NCBI RefSeq assembly: GCF_009834535.1
Contig: NC_045729.1
Coordinates: 16,492,001-16,556,000 of the forward strand
Reading direction: 5' to 3'
DNA from: Camelus ferus
Lineage: Eukaryota
DNA length: 64,000 bases
The notes under the pieces were generated by a model that was given only the letters and a program-made list of their open reading frames with translations, ran no database searches and had not been told where the DNA came from. The position numbers and the translations under genes were made by a program. Positions 23,061 through 34,761 of the stretch are shown piece by piece. Positions within the stretch are counted from its first letter, which is position 1. Each line of letters starts with the position of its first letter.

Positions 23061-23546
23061 CTGGTAGTAGGCCCTCTGCAAGTAGTTGTAGGGCTCCCGG
23101 CGGCGGAAGGCGTCCCGGAGCGCGCTCACCACTCGCAGCCGCGCCGCGCCCCCCGGGCCCAGCCTGCGCGCCCCGCACTGGGTCAGGCACTCGGCGCGGC
23201 GGAGCGCGGCGCGGAGGAGCAGCGGTTCCCATGCGGCCCGCGCCGCTCTCGTCCCGGAGTCGGGTCCCGGGGCGGCGGGGAGGGCGGTCCCCGGTTCCGC
23301 CGCACAGCGCGCCCCGCAGTCCCGCCGCGCGCGGCCCAGCGCCGCCTGGCTCCGCAGCGCCTCCCGCAGCAGCGCCACCGCCGGCGCCCAGGCCCCCGCC
23401 GCGTAGGCGCGCAGACCGTCCGCGTAGAGCAAGTCGGGGGCCTGAGGAGGCGCCCCGGGGGACAGCGGGGCCAGGCCGGGGGGCTCGGGGGACCCCGGGG
23501 GAGGCAGCAGCAGCAGGAGCAGGAGCAACCGGAGGAGCCGGAGCAT
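23061..23546 (-). CDS. P3H3: P3H3 exon 1 (signal peptide, leprecan N-terminus), in a CpG island
   Basis: ATG 23546; MLRLLRLLLLLLLLPPPGSP...REPYNYLQRAYYQ. Fifteen exons total 2187 nt, 728 aa. Confidence 0.96.
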
Positions 23547-24438
23547 GATGCCAGAGCGGCCGGCTGGCTGCCGGAGGGAAATGCGGGAGCGGAGGGAGAG
23601 AGGGAGGAAAGGGGGAAGGGAGAGGGAGGGGAAAGGAAGGAGAGATGGAGAGGAGGGAGGAGAGGAAGAGAGAAGGAATGAGCGTCGCCGAAGGGAGCTG
23701 ATGAGGCCGAGAACCAACCCCGGGAGAGGCCGGTATGAGAGAGAAACAGGAGTCGGGGGAAGTCAGGCAGAACTTCCAGAACGCGGGCTTTCGGACCAGC
23801 GGGTAGTGCGGGACAGGAAACGGACCGTGAAGGGAGCCGGGCAGACAGCTGACACTGGAGCAGGCCTGGTGCTCAGGAGAGAGCGTGAGGAGCCTCTTAG
23901 ATCCCTGACCCCAACCCCTGAGGCCCACGGGGTGGGAGTAGCTACTGCAGCTCTGTTCCCCTGCACTCCTGGGTCCAGAAAAAGGAGTGTGCGTGCCTCC
24001 CACATACTTACCCACCCACACACATTTGGAAAAAGATCTTCAGAAAGCAGCAGGGAGGAGGGTAAACTCCAGGCCTGTGACACCATCTGCTCAAAGCCTT
24101 TCCAAGTGGGCCGGTACAGATTTGGGGCAAGAAGGGGAGTTGAGGCATGGGAGATAGAGACCTACTCTACAAGCATCTCTACAGAACTCAACAAAGCTCC
24201 TTCACACCCCAAAACCCCAAGTTTCTCCCCATGCCCCCCCACCCCAGCTCAGCATGCTGTCATAAGCCTGTTTCTGTGTGTCTGCCTGTTTGGCTTTCTC
24301 TGTGTGTATTTCTGTGCCTCTGTCCTCTTCCCCTGCTCTATTTTGTCCTCTGTGAGCCTCTCCACCCCCAAGCCTCTGACCATCCCTTTGCCACCATAGC
24401 ACACTGGACACAGAGGTTTCCATGGTAACACTTTAGAC

Positions 24439-24444
24439 TTTAAT
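24439..24444 (-). terminator. GPR162: Probable GPR162 polyadenylation signal ATTAAA
   Basis: TTTAAT on + strand, about 190 nt after the stop. Confidence 0.6.
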
Positions 24445-24635
24445 ACATTTTGCTAGGGTTGATGGGAGGTGATTAGGGCATCTGGTCACTTGGATGGGAG
24501 ACAGCAGGGGTTCCAGGGCCCCAGATCCAGTGCCCATCTCCCCGGAGTCTGGAGGCAGCTGCCCCAGGCTCAGTGATGGATCGAGGTGTTACCCACCCAG
24601 GCCCCCTCCTCTGAGTCCAGCAGGTCCTCTTGGAT

Positions 24636-25187
24636 TCACAGGGTCAGCTGGGGGAAGATGGGATTACCTGGGCCCCAGGATCCTCCCCAAGCTCTCGCAC
24701 TCCCCTCACCACCTGTCAGGGAGCAGCGTCGCCCTGCACTTAGGCCCAAAGGAAGTCCAATGGCTCTGCTATCAGGGGACCCAAGGGAGAGTCGGCGTGG
24801 TGAGAGGCCCAGCGGCCTGGGCCGGCGAGGAGAGGGCCCTGGAGAGGCAGCCGGAGAAGGCAGAGGTGTCTCATCGATGAAGGTGGTGATCTCCTCACGG
24901 AAGAAGCCAGGACCCCGTGGGGGTCCCCCAGCTGACCCCAGAGCCCCACCCTCCAGGAATTGGCGGAGGCTGGCCAGCCCCCCACCTTCAGCCTTCTCCT
25001 CCTCCTCCTCATCCTCTGGCCTTTGTCTTTGTCCTAGGTACTCAGGAGGGCCCCCTAGGGCCCGGCTCTGGGCTGGGAGGACCCGGATGTCATCAGAGGA
25101 TGACCACTTGTGCAGGAAGGAGCCTGGTGCCCGAGGATTAGAGAAGATATTGGTCTCATCGTGGGACAGACGGCGGGACAGAGGGAC
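24636..25187 (-). CDS. GPR162: G protein-coupled receptor 162, last coding exon
   Basis: 552 nt; VPLSRRLSHDETNIFS...GPGNPIFPQLTL*. Confidence 0.97.
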   Translation of the reverse strand, partial: VPLSRRLSHDETNIFSNPRAPGSFLHKWSSSDDIRVLPAQSRALGGPPEYLGQRQRPEDEEEEEKAEGGGLASLRQFLEGGALGSAGGPPRGPGFFREEITTFIDETPLPSPAASPGPSPRRPRPLGLSPRRLSLGSPDSRAIGLPLGLSAGRRCSLTGGEGSARAWGGSWGPGNPIFPQLTL

Positions 25188-25478
25188 CTGGGGAGAAGAG
25201 CAAGTAGACCCAGAGGTGCTGCAGGGACAAGCGGCTAGAGGCAGGAACCAAAGTGGGGTTCCTCTGCACGATGGCGCCACCCCTTAAACTTTTGCAAAAC
25301 ATCTTCTGTTGGGCAAACCTAGTTTTGAGAGGCCTGAAGAGGAGCCTCCCTCACCACGTCCTCCTTTCACCTACCCCTAATGTGCCCTGCAGGCCAGGAA
25401 TAGGGAATGGGGGAGGGGGTTGGGTAACAGACTGGAGAAAAGTACCTAGGACAGGAAGTGTACCGTCTAGTCCCATAC

Positions 25479-25636
25479 CTGTAAGTAGTGGACCCTCTCA
25501 AGAGGGGGAAAGAGCATGTGCCTTCCAGGCAGCAGCTTCACTTGGGTGGGGTCCCTGGCTCCTGGTCCTGTGGCCCCATTGGCATCAAAGCGAACCTTGC
25601 ATACTCGGCCATCTGCATAGTCATCACAGCCCCCAT
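25479..25636 (-). CDS. GPR162: GPR162 coding exon 3
   Basis: 158 nt; DGGCDDYADGRVCKVRFDA...FPPLERVHYLQ. Confidence 0.95.
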
Positions 25637-26220
25637 CTAGGAGAGAAAAGGGGCAGAGTGGTCACAGGCAGCGAATGCGCACCTCCCACTCCCCTTTAAA
25701 AGCTCCAACCCCCTTTTAAGCTCCCCCAGGGAATCTTCCTGTTCCCATTAGTCTGTGAACTCCAAGAGGAAAGCAAGAGTGGCTAATGTCTGTAGTGTCC
25801 AATGCTGAATCCCTAGTCATTCATACATACAGACACACTTAATTGAAACAGTCCCCCCCATCCCCGAAGCTGTCTATAGCTGGGGGGGGGGGGTCCCTCA
25901 GGAAGCTTAGATTCCCCCTTTGTTTCACATCCTTCCTTTATGGTTGTGTTGGGACTCTGGAGGCAGAGCTGGGTAGTGTAGGCTTCCAGAGGGAACTGAC
26001 CCCCAGTGGAGGGAGCCCTCAGTGCAGAAGGAAGCAGTGGGTGTACATAAGGGTGATGATTGGGAAAAGGGGAGCCTGGAATCAACCCAGGGGCAGCACA
26101 GGTTCTGTCCAGCAGGGGGCACTCCAGGGCAGCCCGTCCCCACACGGAGAAGGGCGGCTAGAAAAGGTCAGGAAAGGAAGCTGATGCCCAGGAAAGCAAA
26201 AGCCCAGTCCCTCCTCTGAC

Positions 26221-26410
26221 CGTCGTCGCCATCCTCCTCGGACATGATAGCCACGCACTGCTCCCACACCGTGCGCACGTCGGCGCGGTAGCGCTCGCAG
26301 GACCAGATGAAGGACGGCAGCAGCAGCGTCTGTGCCATGGAGCACCACAGCACAGCCAGCACCATCCATGGGGGAGCGGAGTCCGACTTAAGGGAGAAAA
26401 AGCTCACCAC
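26221..26410 (-). CDS. GPR162: GPR162 coding exon 2 (TM7)
   Basis: 190 nt; [52 protein letters not shown]. Confidence 0.97.
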
Positions 26411-27134
26411 CTGGCAGAAGGACAGGAGAGGCCCTGGTCAGGGCCCAGAGCTGAGGGGTCTCACTCGACCCCAGATCCCACATCCCAATGTAGCTGGGGG
26501 GCAAGAAGTCAGGAGGGGATGGCTCAGTGTACATAGGATCACGGCAGAGGCAAAGCTGAAGGATGAAGACGATGAACAAAGTGGGAGGGACTGACTCAGA
26601 GGAAGGTCAGGAGACAGTACTGGGAACAGAGCCCTGGGGTCCAGAGGGAGGGAGCAGAGGCGGTACAGTAAACTTGAAGACAGATTGAAATTCAGGAATA
26701 GGGACCAGATGAGGATGCAGAAGGCTGGGGTGGGTGGGGTGAGCTCTCTGGGGTTGCCACCAGAAGTGCTCAAGATGCCTGTTGTGTCTAGAGGAAATTC
26801 AGGAGTGGGGAATGGAGCCTGGCAGCTGGATGATAGGTCTGGGGCACTGAACAGTGGAGCTGCAGGATAGATGGTGGAGCCGGAAGACAGGGAGTGGAAC
26901 CCAAGGACAGATGATGGAGTTGAGTGCTGGTAACTGGAGAAAAGGCTACGGAGCTGAGGGTAATGGAAACTAGAAGATGGATGACGGAGATGGGGACTCA
27001 CAAATGGAGTGGGGTTGGGGAGAGGAGGGAAGATAGATGATGAAGCTGCTTGTGTGGCTGATGGAGTTGGAGGTCGGGTGATCATGCTGGGGCCTGCGTA
27101 TTGGAGAGAGCAGGTGGAGGGACCCCAGTCTCAC

Positions 27135-28001
27135 CAAGATGGGCACCCCTGTGAGTGAGTCATAGAGAAAGACGATGGCGCTGACCAAGTTGGTGACCTG
27201 CAGGGATGTCTTGGCCGACTCGGAGCCGTCCAGCGAGGACCGCCGCTTCCCCCGGGCATCCTCCACCACAATGGCTGGCACCTCAAAGCCTGGCCGGGTA
27301 CCCAACCCCCCTGGCCCGCCCCCCTTGGCCCCACCCCAGCCTCCCGCTCTCCGGGCCTGCCGGGCCCTCCGGGGCCGAGCCCACAGCGTCTGGTAGAAGG
27401 TAATAGCCACACAGACCAGCCCCATGACAATGCCCCCAAGTAGCAAGAGGCTGAAGCAGACGCCAAAGCCGAGGCCGATCTTGGAGACTATGAACTGGCA
27501 GCCGCGGGCATAGTAGCGCTCTCCGTTGTTNNNNNNNNNNNNNNNNNNNNNNNNNNNNNNNNNNNNNNNNNNNNNNNNNNNNNNNNNNNNNNNNNNNNNN
27601 NNNNNNNNNNNNNNNNNNNNNNNNNNNNNNNNNNNNNNNNNNNNNNNNNNNNNNNNNNNNNNNNNNNNNNNNNNNNNNNNNNNNNNNNNNNNNNCCAGGG
27701 CCAGGGTGTAGTAGGTGGACACAAAGACCTTGCAGATGCTCTCGTTCCAGTCATAGTCGGAGGAGGCCTGGCGCCGGAGCTGCACCACCGCGAAGGTGGT
27801 GAGGGGCACGGCCGCCATGAGGATGTGCGTGCCTGCCAGGAAGCAGAGCAGCAGCTCCAGCGGCTTGTGCTTCTGCTGCTTAGCTGAGATGCTGAGGATG
27901 ATCCAGGCATTGGCCAGCAGTGCCAGGAGCCCGCAGGCCAGCCAGGACAAGGCGTTTGAGCGAAGGGAGGCCTCCTCCGCCCCCGCCCCACCCCGAGCCA
28001 T
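27135..28001 (-). CDS. GPR162: GPR162 coding exon 1 (TM1-TM6), containing an N gap
   Basis: ATG 28001; [26 protein letters not shown]...DSLTGVPIL, 867 nt including 164 N. Four exons total 1767 nt, 588 aa. Acceptor at 28433-28434 gives 431 nt of UTR in this exon. Confidence 0.96.
27531..27694. other. Assembly gap, 164 N
   Basis: Run of N. Confidence 1.
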
Positions 28002-29971
28002 CCTTCCTCAGTCCCCCCACCCCCTCGAACTCCTGGGGGTGGGGGCTAGGTCTCACCCAGGAGCCCCACTCACACACACCCCCATGATGCCCACAACCCT
28101 TGCCCGGGAGTGAGGCAGGCTGCCCCTCGGTCCACCCTGCGGCTCAGCATTGCATGTCTGACCCAGTTAAGGTCAGGTGTTGCAGGCAGAGGAGGAGACT
28201 GAGGGTCAGCAGAGGTCGTCCTCAGCCTCCATACTGGGTGGGGCCCCTTCTGAAGTAACCCTACAGTTGACGGGGGAGGCAAGCTGACTGCTTCCCCAGC
28301 TGTGAGGCTGGTTGCAGAGACCTGGTCCCCATGCCAGGATGTCCAAGTCTCTTCTTCCTCTGGTTCTTGACCAATCAGGGCTCTTCTGGGTGCCCCCAGG
28401 AGTGTGGGGGGAGGCTCAGCTGCCTGAACAGACTGCAAGGGAGAGATGAGATGTAGGAGGGGGAGGGGAAAGATGGGGCCTAGGCTGCTCTCTCACTGGT
28501 TCCCAATGTCTCCCTTCTCTTGAAACTATAGAAATGACTAGTTACTAGGGGTCACAGGGTCATTCTCCTGCCTTAAACTAGATGGCCACTCCAACACCCT
28601 ACACAGATAAGAACCCCGCTTTCCAGAACTTATTCTGACCTCCTGTCTCCCATCCTTTGTCAGCCATCTTTCCTCCCTCTGGGGCTCCCAGGTCCCTCCT
28701 TCTGTCCCTTGCTCAGTCCTACTCAACTGTTGTCTTCATCCCTGAATCTTTCTTCAGAGCTATGTATGGCAGAGGCATGACTTGTTTCTCTTCGAGGACT
28801 CATGGGAAACTGGGATGTGATATTACAGCCCCTCCCCAACCTTCCAGGCTCCTGGGTCCAGTGGTCCTGGTGCTCAGCCCCATCTCCCCGAGCCTGCACA
28901 ATCGCCCTCCCACTCACTGGGAATCTGGGAAGACAGGAGAAAGGAGGCTGGGACCGAGGAGGGGGGTGGCTAGGGAACCCAAAGAGAGGGAAACCGCTGA
29001 CATCAGAAGCATCCAGAAATGGAAAGAGGGGAAACTAGGGGGGAAGGAGGAGAGTTTGAGCAGAAGAGATAAAAAGAGGGGGCAAAGTGAGTATCTGAAA
29101 ATGGAAGGAGAAGCCCAGAGACCCCTGGAGAGGAAGCTTTGCAGGGAGGAGGTGAATGGAGGGAGGGAGCAGGGAATAAGGAGGCTGAGAAGAAAAGCCC
29201 AGTGTTTACTAGGGTTCAGACTCCCCCTGGTAGGACCCCACTCTTTCCTCCCCTGCCCCAGCCTCAGTTTCCCTCCGATGGGAAGAAGGATGTCCTGCCT
29301 TTGGTGATTCCTGGCTTCACTGAGCCCTGGGAAGGGGGCTAAGAGGAAATTGGGGGTGAAACCCTGAACAGAGTGGAAGTAGGAAGGATGGGCATAATGG
29401 GGTAAAAGGGGTAAGAATGGGGCACAGCAGTGGGAGGGTCTATTTCCTATGGAAGAACCTTAGACTCCTGCCCTCCCTCAGAGGTCCTAGTCCATCCCCC
29501 ACCTTTGTCTTCCCTGGGAGCCCAATACACCCTAGTTGCCATGGCAATGGCCAGCCAGAGGGAGGTGGAGGGATTTGGTCAGGAGCGCCCCCCCCACACC
29601 CTCTCCTACAGCCTTGGACCCCCTTCCCACCCACCCCCACCCAGGCCCCGGGGGTGGGTTCAGGAAGAAAGAGCTGGGGACTCAGAGAGGGCGGCAGGAA
29701 GGATGTGAAGGACAGAGAGAGGAGGTGAAGGACGGAGAAAGATCAGAGGAAGGTGGGAGGGGGTCGGGGGACCCCCAGGCAGACAGGGGTCCCTCGCCCT
29801 TCGGGGTGAAGGGGGTAAGGTCAGGCGGCTCCTCCCTCCGGCCTGCCACCCACCGAGGTCTCCAGGCCAGAAACAGCAGGTGGCTGGGAAAGAAGGGCCG
29901 GCCCGAGGGGAGAGGAGGCAGCGGGGGGAGTGGGGAGGGGACCGCGGGGGACAGGGCCGGGGTCGCCTTAC

Positions 29972-30140
29972 CTCGGGCTGCGCCCAGCACTGCCATGGAG
30001 ACCGCACTCTCGACGCGGCTCGCCCGGGCTCCCGCCGCCTGCCGGCTCCAGCTCGCCGTCCTCCTCCCTCCTCCCTCCTCCCTCCGGGCCTCCCTCCTCC
30101 CGCACGTCCCAGCCTCTCGGGCTCGGCCCCACTAGGTCTC
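29972..30140 (-). other. GPR162: GPR162 non-coding first exon in a CpG island (5' limit uncertain)
   Basis: Donor CGAG/GTAAGG at 29972/29971; GC-box-rich island about 29900-30400. Confidence 0.65.
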
Positions 30141-30881
30141 TCCGAGCCCCTCTCTCGCGGATTCCCGCCGCCCGCCGCCCGCCGCCCCGGGTCGGGATGG
30201 AGGCCAGCTTGGCGGGGCGGGGGCCGGCGCGGGGCGGGGGACCGCACGGTGGGGACTTGGAGGGGGAGGGGCGAGGAAGGCGCCAGGAGGGAGGGGGCGA
30301 GGAGGACAGCGGGGAACCGGCTTCATTGGCGAACCGGTTGGTGTCCTGCCCCCACCCCACCCCGTTTTCCTCACGAACAAGCTCGAGGAGGCAGCTGGTG
30401 TTGGGGAGGCAGTGAGTGTGTCTGTAAGGGCTGTGCCTGGGGTGTAGCTCCACGGGCAGGTGCTGGAGGCTGTGCGGAGTGAGGGGCGGTGGGGATGAAG
30501 GCCAGGCTGCTTGTGGGATGGGGGTACACAGGGCTAGAAGAATGCATCCCCCCATACACACCGCTGCCTCTTCCTGGAACACAAACTCACGCTCGTATTG
30601 GGGACACACATATTTCTCCCGCATGCATCGCAGTTTCTCATCAGTAGAGCACACAGCCCTGCAGTCTCTCTCCCTCAGTTGTCACACACCCACCGCACAC
30701 TCAGGGCCCTTTGGGGTGGGGAGGTGGGTAATCAGTCTCCAAAGGATTTTTCCCTCTCTAGGGAAATTCCATCTCCTTCCTGAACAAGACTGGCAACCTC
30801 TCCCCCTCTGGATCTGATCCCAAAGATCAGAAGCTTCCAGGTCCCCAGAGAAGAGTCTGTCTCTCTCTCTCTCCCTTTCTC

Positions 30882-30886
<5 letters not shown>

Positions 30887-30934
<48 letters not shown>
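30887..30934. repeat. (CA)24 microsatellite next to a (CT)n tract
   Basis: Read directly. Confidence 0.97.
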
Positions 30935-30937
<3 letters not shown>

Positions 30938-31659
30938 CAGCATCTTCTTTACTGTAAGTATGTTGTATTTTTCTCTCAGCACAGGAAGGCAGGGGTGGGG
31001 AGTGGGCAGGAATACAGAGCAAGCCATGGGGAGCCCTGGCGGCAACTGGGTGTTCTTCCTGGAAGAGGCAAGCTGGAAAAGAAGGGAAAAGGAAAAGGAG
31101 GTAGGGACTGCAGGAGGCAGTGAGGAAGGGAAGGGAGAGAGAGACAGAAGAGGCTGGGGGTCCTGAGAGAAATGGATCAAGGAGAGGAGGAAGAAGAAAA
31201 CTTGGAACCCCAATTTTCTTGTGTCCTGAGTGGTTTGGGAGAGGGATGAAGGAGGGTGCAGGGCAGGGGGACCAAGGCCCAGGGCTGTCAGCCTTCACAG
31301 GAGGTCCCCTCAGAGGGTTCAGTCTTTGGCCAGCTCCCCACTCCTTCTCTCTGGCAAAGCTCACCTTCCAGAAGGTTCTCCACAAGGTGAGTAGTGGGTC
31401 GCTGGACACTCTCCCCCACAGGCCCTGTGCTCGCAGCCTGTGTCCTAATTAGGAGAACTGCCGGTTTTGTGCCCTGGGAACAGGGAGGCTGCCAGCAGGT
31501 GAGGCAGGGAGGCCCTCCCGCAGGTTCCTGAACTCTCTGAGGCAACCTCCCTGTGCTGGAGGGCTCCTGTGAATCCAAGTACATGCTGGGCATCTGTGAC
31601 TAGCCAGCTGCAGAGATCTATGTGGTATTTGTCCCCGTGTTCAAGAGACAGCAGTGGAA

Positions 31660-31830
31660 CTAGAGGGCTGGAGTCCTGGCTAGTCCACTTACTGGCTGTG
31701 TGAACCAGGGCCATCATCTGACTCTCTGAGTTCCATTTCCAGTCTATCAGCTGGAGATGCTAATCTCAATCCTGTCACCACCAGCCTTGTAGGATGTTCA
31801 TGAGGTTCAAATAGACAAAGGATGTGAAAC
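31660..31830 (+). mobile_element. MIR SINE at or just past the CD4 3' end
   Basis: ctggagtcctggctagtccacttactggctgtgtgaaccagg...ctctgagttccatttcc. Confidence 0.55.
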
Positions 31831-32408
31831 TGGTTTATAAACCGAGCCGTGCTGCTTGGGTGATACAGAATTGTGTGTGTGCACAAGCGTGCCTGGGCGC
31901 CTGTCTGTGTCAGGTCAGGATGTGAATCTGTTTCTGCCAACGCAGGGGGAGACAGGTAGAATGGAGCAGAGCAGGCTGGCAGTCAGAAGCCTTTGGATCC
32001 TGAACTCTCCTTGACCGGTTGTGTGATCTGGGGCTAGTCCTTGCCCCCTCTGGTCCCAGGGTCTCCTCCCGTACAATGACAGGCCTGTGCTTCGTGCTTC
32101 AGACACCCAGCCTCCCCCTCCAGGCCAGGCAGGGCTGGTCCTACATGCTCCTCTGGGATCCAGGTGAGCAGTGAGGGAGAGAGTCGAGAAGAAATCAATG
32201 AAGGGCCAGAGTTTGAGTGAAAAGGAGATGGGGAAGAGAGGGTGCCAGCAAGCCTCTGGAAGAGGAGAACCAAGGCCCACAATGGATGAGGAGGGCAGGG
32301 GGTGGCCAGAGGCACTCAGTGGATTACATTCATCTGGTCTGCAGGCCCAGGAAGGCAGGGGAAGACAGCTGGGGATGCTGCAGGTGGGACCTCCTCCTGG
32401 CCGGGGCC

Positions 32409-32439
32409 TCAAGTGAGATTATAGGTCTTCTGGAGCCGG
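32409..32439 (-). CDS. CD4: T-cell surface glycoprotein CD4, last coding exon
   Basis: 31 nt; (H)RLQKTYNLT*. Confidence 0.95.
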
Positions 32440-32749
32440 CTGGAGGGGCAAAGAAAAAGAGGAACAAATCTGTTCCTCCCCAGCTCCTTGTTGCCTGGGG
32501 CCTCCATGGCTCCCAGACCCCAACTTTCTCTTCCAGTGCAGGGATGGCCTCCAGTGCCACAGCCAGGGTACCATATCCAGACATATCCAGGCCTGCTGGC
32601 CCTCACCTCTGTCCCCCACCTCTACCTGTTTCCTACCTCCTGGGCCACCCCTGCCCCCTTCTCAGCTCTCTTCACCTCCCTGTAGCCCCCATCTCCTCCC
32701 CTCCCCCCACCTTGCCCCTCCCTTTCCTCTCTGCCCCCCAGTTCCTTAC

Positions 32750-32817
32750 TGGCGACACTGGCAGGTCTTCTTCTCACTGAGGAGTCTCTTGATCTGAGAC
32801 ATCCGCTCTGCTTGGCG
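32750..32817 (-). CDS. CD4: CD4 cytoplasmic exon (dileucine and Lck-binding CQC motif)
   Basis: 68 nt; RQAERMSQIKRLLSEKKTCQCR. Confidence 0.98.
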
Positions 32818-33139
32818 CTGTCCAGGGAGAAGGAGAGGGGTCATGAGGGTCCCAGGCCTCCGAAAGGGAGCTGCCCCTTGGAGGGCGGAGTGGGGAGGGT
32901 TGGGAGGGGAGAGGCAGTGACTGTGGCCATCTGTCCCAGAATTCCCTCTGCTCCTTCCTGTCTTTCCCTCCGCATGGGACCTGGGACAGGGCCCAGCCTG
33001 CAGTGGGGGAGCTCGGCGGTGGGCAGCGGGAGCCGGAGCAGAAGCAGGTCACAGATCCAGGGTACCCTTGCTGCTGGACAGGCCTCCAGGGCTCGAGCTC
33101 GCCGTGGGATGCGAGGGGGGTCTGAGGAGGCTCACTCAC

Positions 33140-33261
33140 CCTGCGGTGCCAGCACTTAACACAGAGGACGCAGAACCCCGTGAGAAGCAGGAGGCCTGTG
33201 ATGCCACCCAGCACGAAGGCCAGGAGCTTTGGCCAGGCCTGGGTGAGCACGGGAGGCAAAA
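33140..33261 (-). CDS. CD4: CD4 transmembrane exon
   Basis: 122 nt; VLPPVLTQAWPKLLAFVLGGITGLLLLTGFCVLCVKCWHRR. Confidence 0.97.
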
Positions 33262-33825
33262 CTGCAAGAGAGAGAGGTGTGTGAGCTCGCTGCCCTCCGG
33301 CAGGGCACAGGGCACTGTGGAGGGCCCGAGGAAGGCTTTGCTGCCCAGCTGCACTTGAGTCTGACCCTTGGGCTGGAAGAATGGGCAGGATGCTCAGGGC
33401 CCTCCACCAGAGCTTGAAGGGAAAGGCTGGGGAAGCGGTTTCAAGGTTTGGGACTACAGGGCACTCTAGGGAGCCAGAAGCTGCAGTCCAGGCGGTGTGC
33501 TATGCGCATGCGTGTCTGTGTATGTGGGGGGGGGGCGGGGATCTGTGTGTGTCTGGGTTTGAAGAGGAGCGAGGGAGGAGGGCTCTTGGCCAGGTGGGCC
33601 CCGTTCCTGGGTTGTAGAGCTTAGGGAGGTGGGAACTTACAGGACTGCAAGAGCCCAGGACCACACCCCACCTCCCCTCACCTGGACTCCTGTGTCCAGG
33701 CACCTGCCTATAACCCACTCATCTCAGAGGAACTGGGTGGCTGGGTGGTCCCAGCCCTGGGAGGGTCCTGCAGCCCTGGAGGCAGGAGCTCAGGGTTCGG
33801 ACATGGAACCTGGACCCTCACTCAC

Positions 33826-34026
33826 CCTCGACCTTGGATTCCAGCAGGACTTTGTCCTTGTCACTCAGTCGACAATGCCACATCCCTGCCTCAGGGTCCA
33901 GCACTGTCACCAGCTTCTGCTGATTTGTAACCTTCGCGCTCTGGTTCTCCAGCTTCAAGCTCAGTGTCAGCTCGGGGGACTTGGGTCCCAGCACCTCACA
34001 GGTCAAATTGTTCTGGGACTTATTCA
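33826..34026 (-). CDS. CD4: CD4 Ig domain D4 exon
   Basis: 201 nt; [20 protein letters not shown]...[20 protein letters not shown]. Confidence 0.97.
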
Positions 34027-34199
34027 CTGCAGAGAGACAAGAGCCTGAGGCTGGGAGCCTGGGCCTCTGGGTTCCCGGCACCTCCGTGCTCTAAGGGGAT
34101 TCCGCAGAACAATCAAAATGATGCTTTACGCCAGCACCCCTCTTTCAGCCTCTCAGAGCACATTTTCATGCAGTTTTAAGAGAGGGGATGCGGCTTTTG

Positions 34200-34390
34200 A
34201 GGTTCAGCAGTGTTGGATTTGAATCCCAGCCCCATTGCTTACTATCTGTGTGTCCCTGAGCAAGTTACTTACCAACCTGAGCCCCAGACGATAATTTAAA
34301 AGGACAAATATATATAAAGCTCTTGAGTGGGGCCTGGCATGTACTAAGCATCCAGTCTTAGCCGTTATTATCTGAGAGGTTATTATGATG
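34200..34390 (+). mobile_element. MIR SINE
   Basis: ggatttgaatcccagccccattgcttactatctgtgtgtccctgagcaagttactt. Confidence 0.7.
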
Positions 34391-34761
34391 ACGAAGGAGA
34401 TAAGGATGTGCAGGCCTCCGTGTAGCTCCTGACCTTAGCATCAGCAGTGTCATACAAAGAGCAGATTTCGTTATCCTCTTTAGGAGAAAGAAAACCCACA
34501 GAGGGGAGGGGCTGAGTTGGGGTCAGAGAGGGCTGGATAGACACGGAACTAGAACCTGGTTCTCAGCACTTGCCCTTGGGAATTCCAGTGGCGCCCACTC
34601 TAGGCTGGCTCTTGGATGTCAGGGAAGGACAGAGGATTCCAGCCTCAGTTCAAAACCAGCCCCCAAACCAGAGGGCCCTTGCTCAGCTCCATCAGGCAGG
34701 CAGGGCTTAGGCGTCCCTGTCGGGGCCTGTCCCGCCCTCCCATCTCAGCCTTGTTCCTCAC

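Noticed and set aside
22777-24021. 414-aa ORF and other long ORFs on both strands over P3H3 exon 1
   Set aside because: Stop-poor GC-rich CpG island; Pro/Ala/Arg/Gly low-complexity shadow frames of the real exon
29536-30654. Several 160-230-aa ORFs at the GPR162 promoter
   Set aside because: GC-rich CpG-island artefacts; only the short spliced uORF is supported
32750-32762. CD4 CQCRH instead of CQCPH as loss of Lck binding
   Set aside because: Both zinc-clasp cysteines are intact, and I recall the following residue varying among mammals
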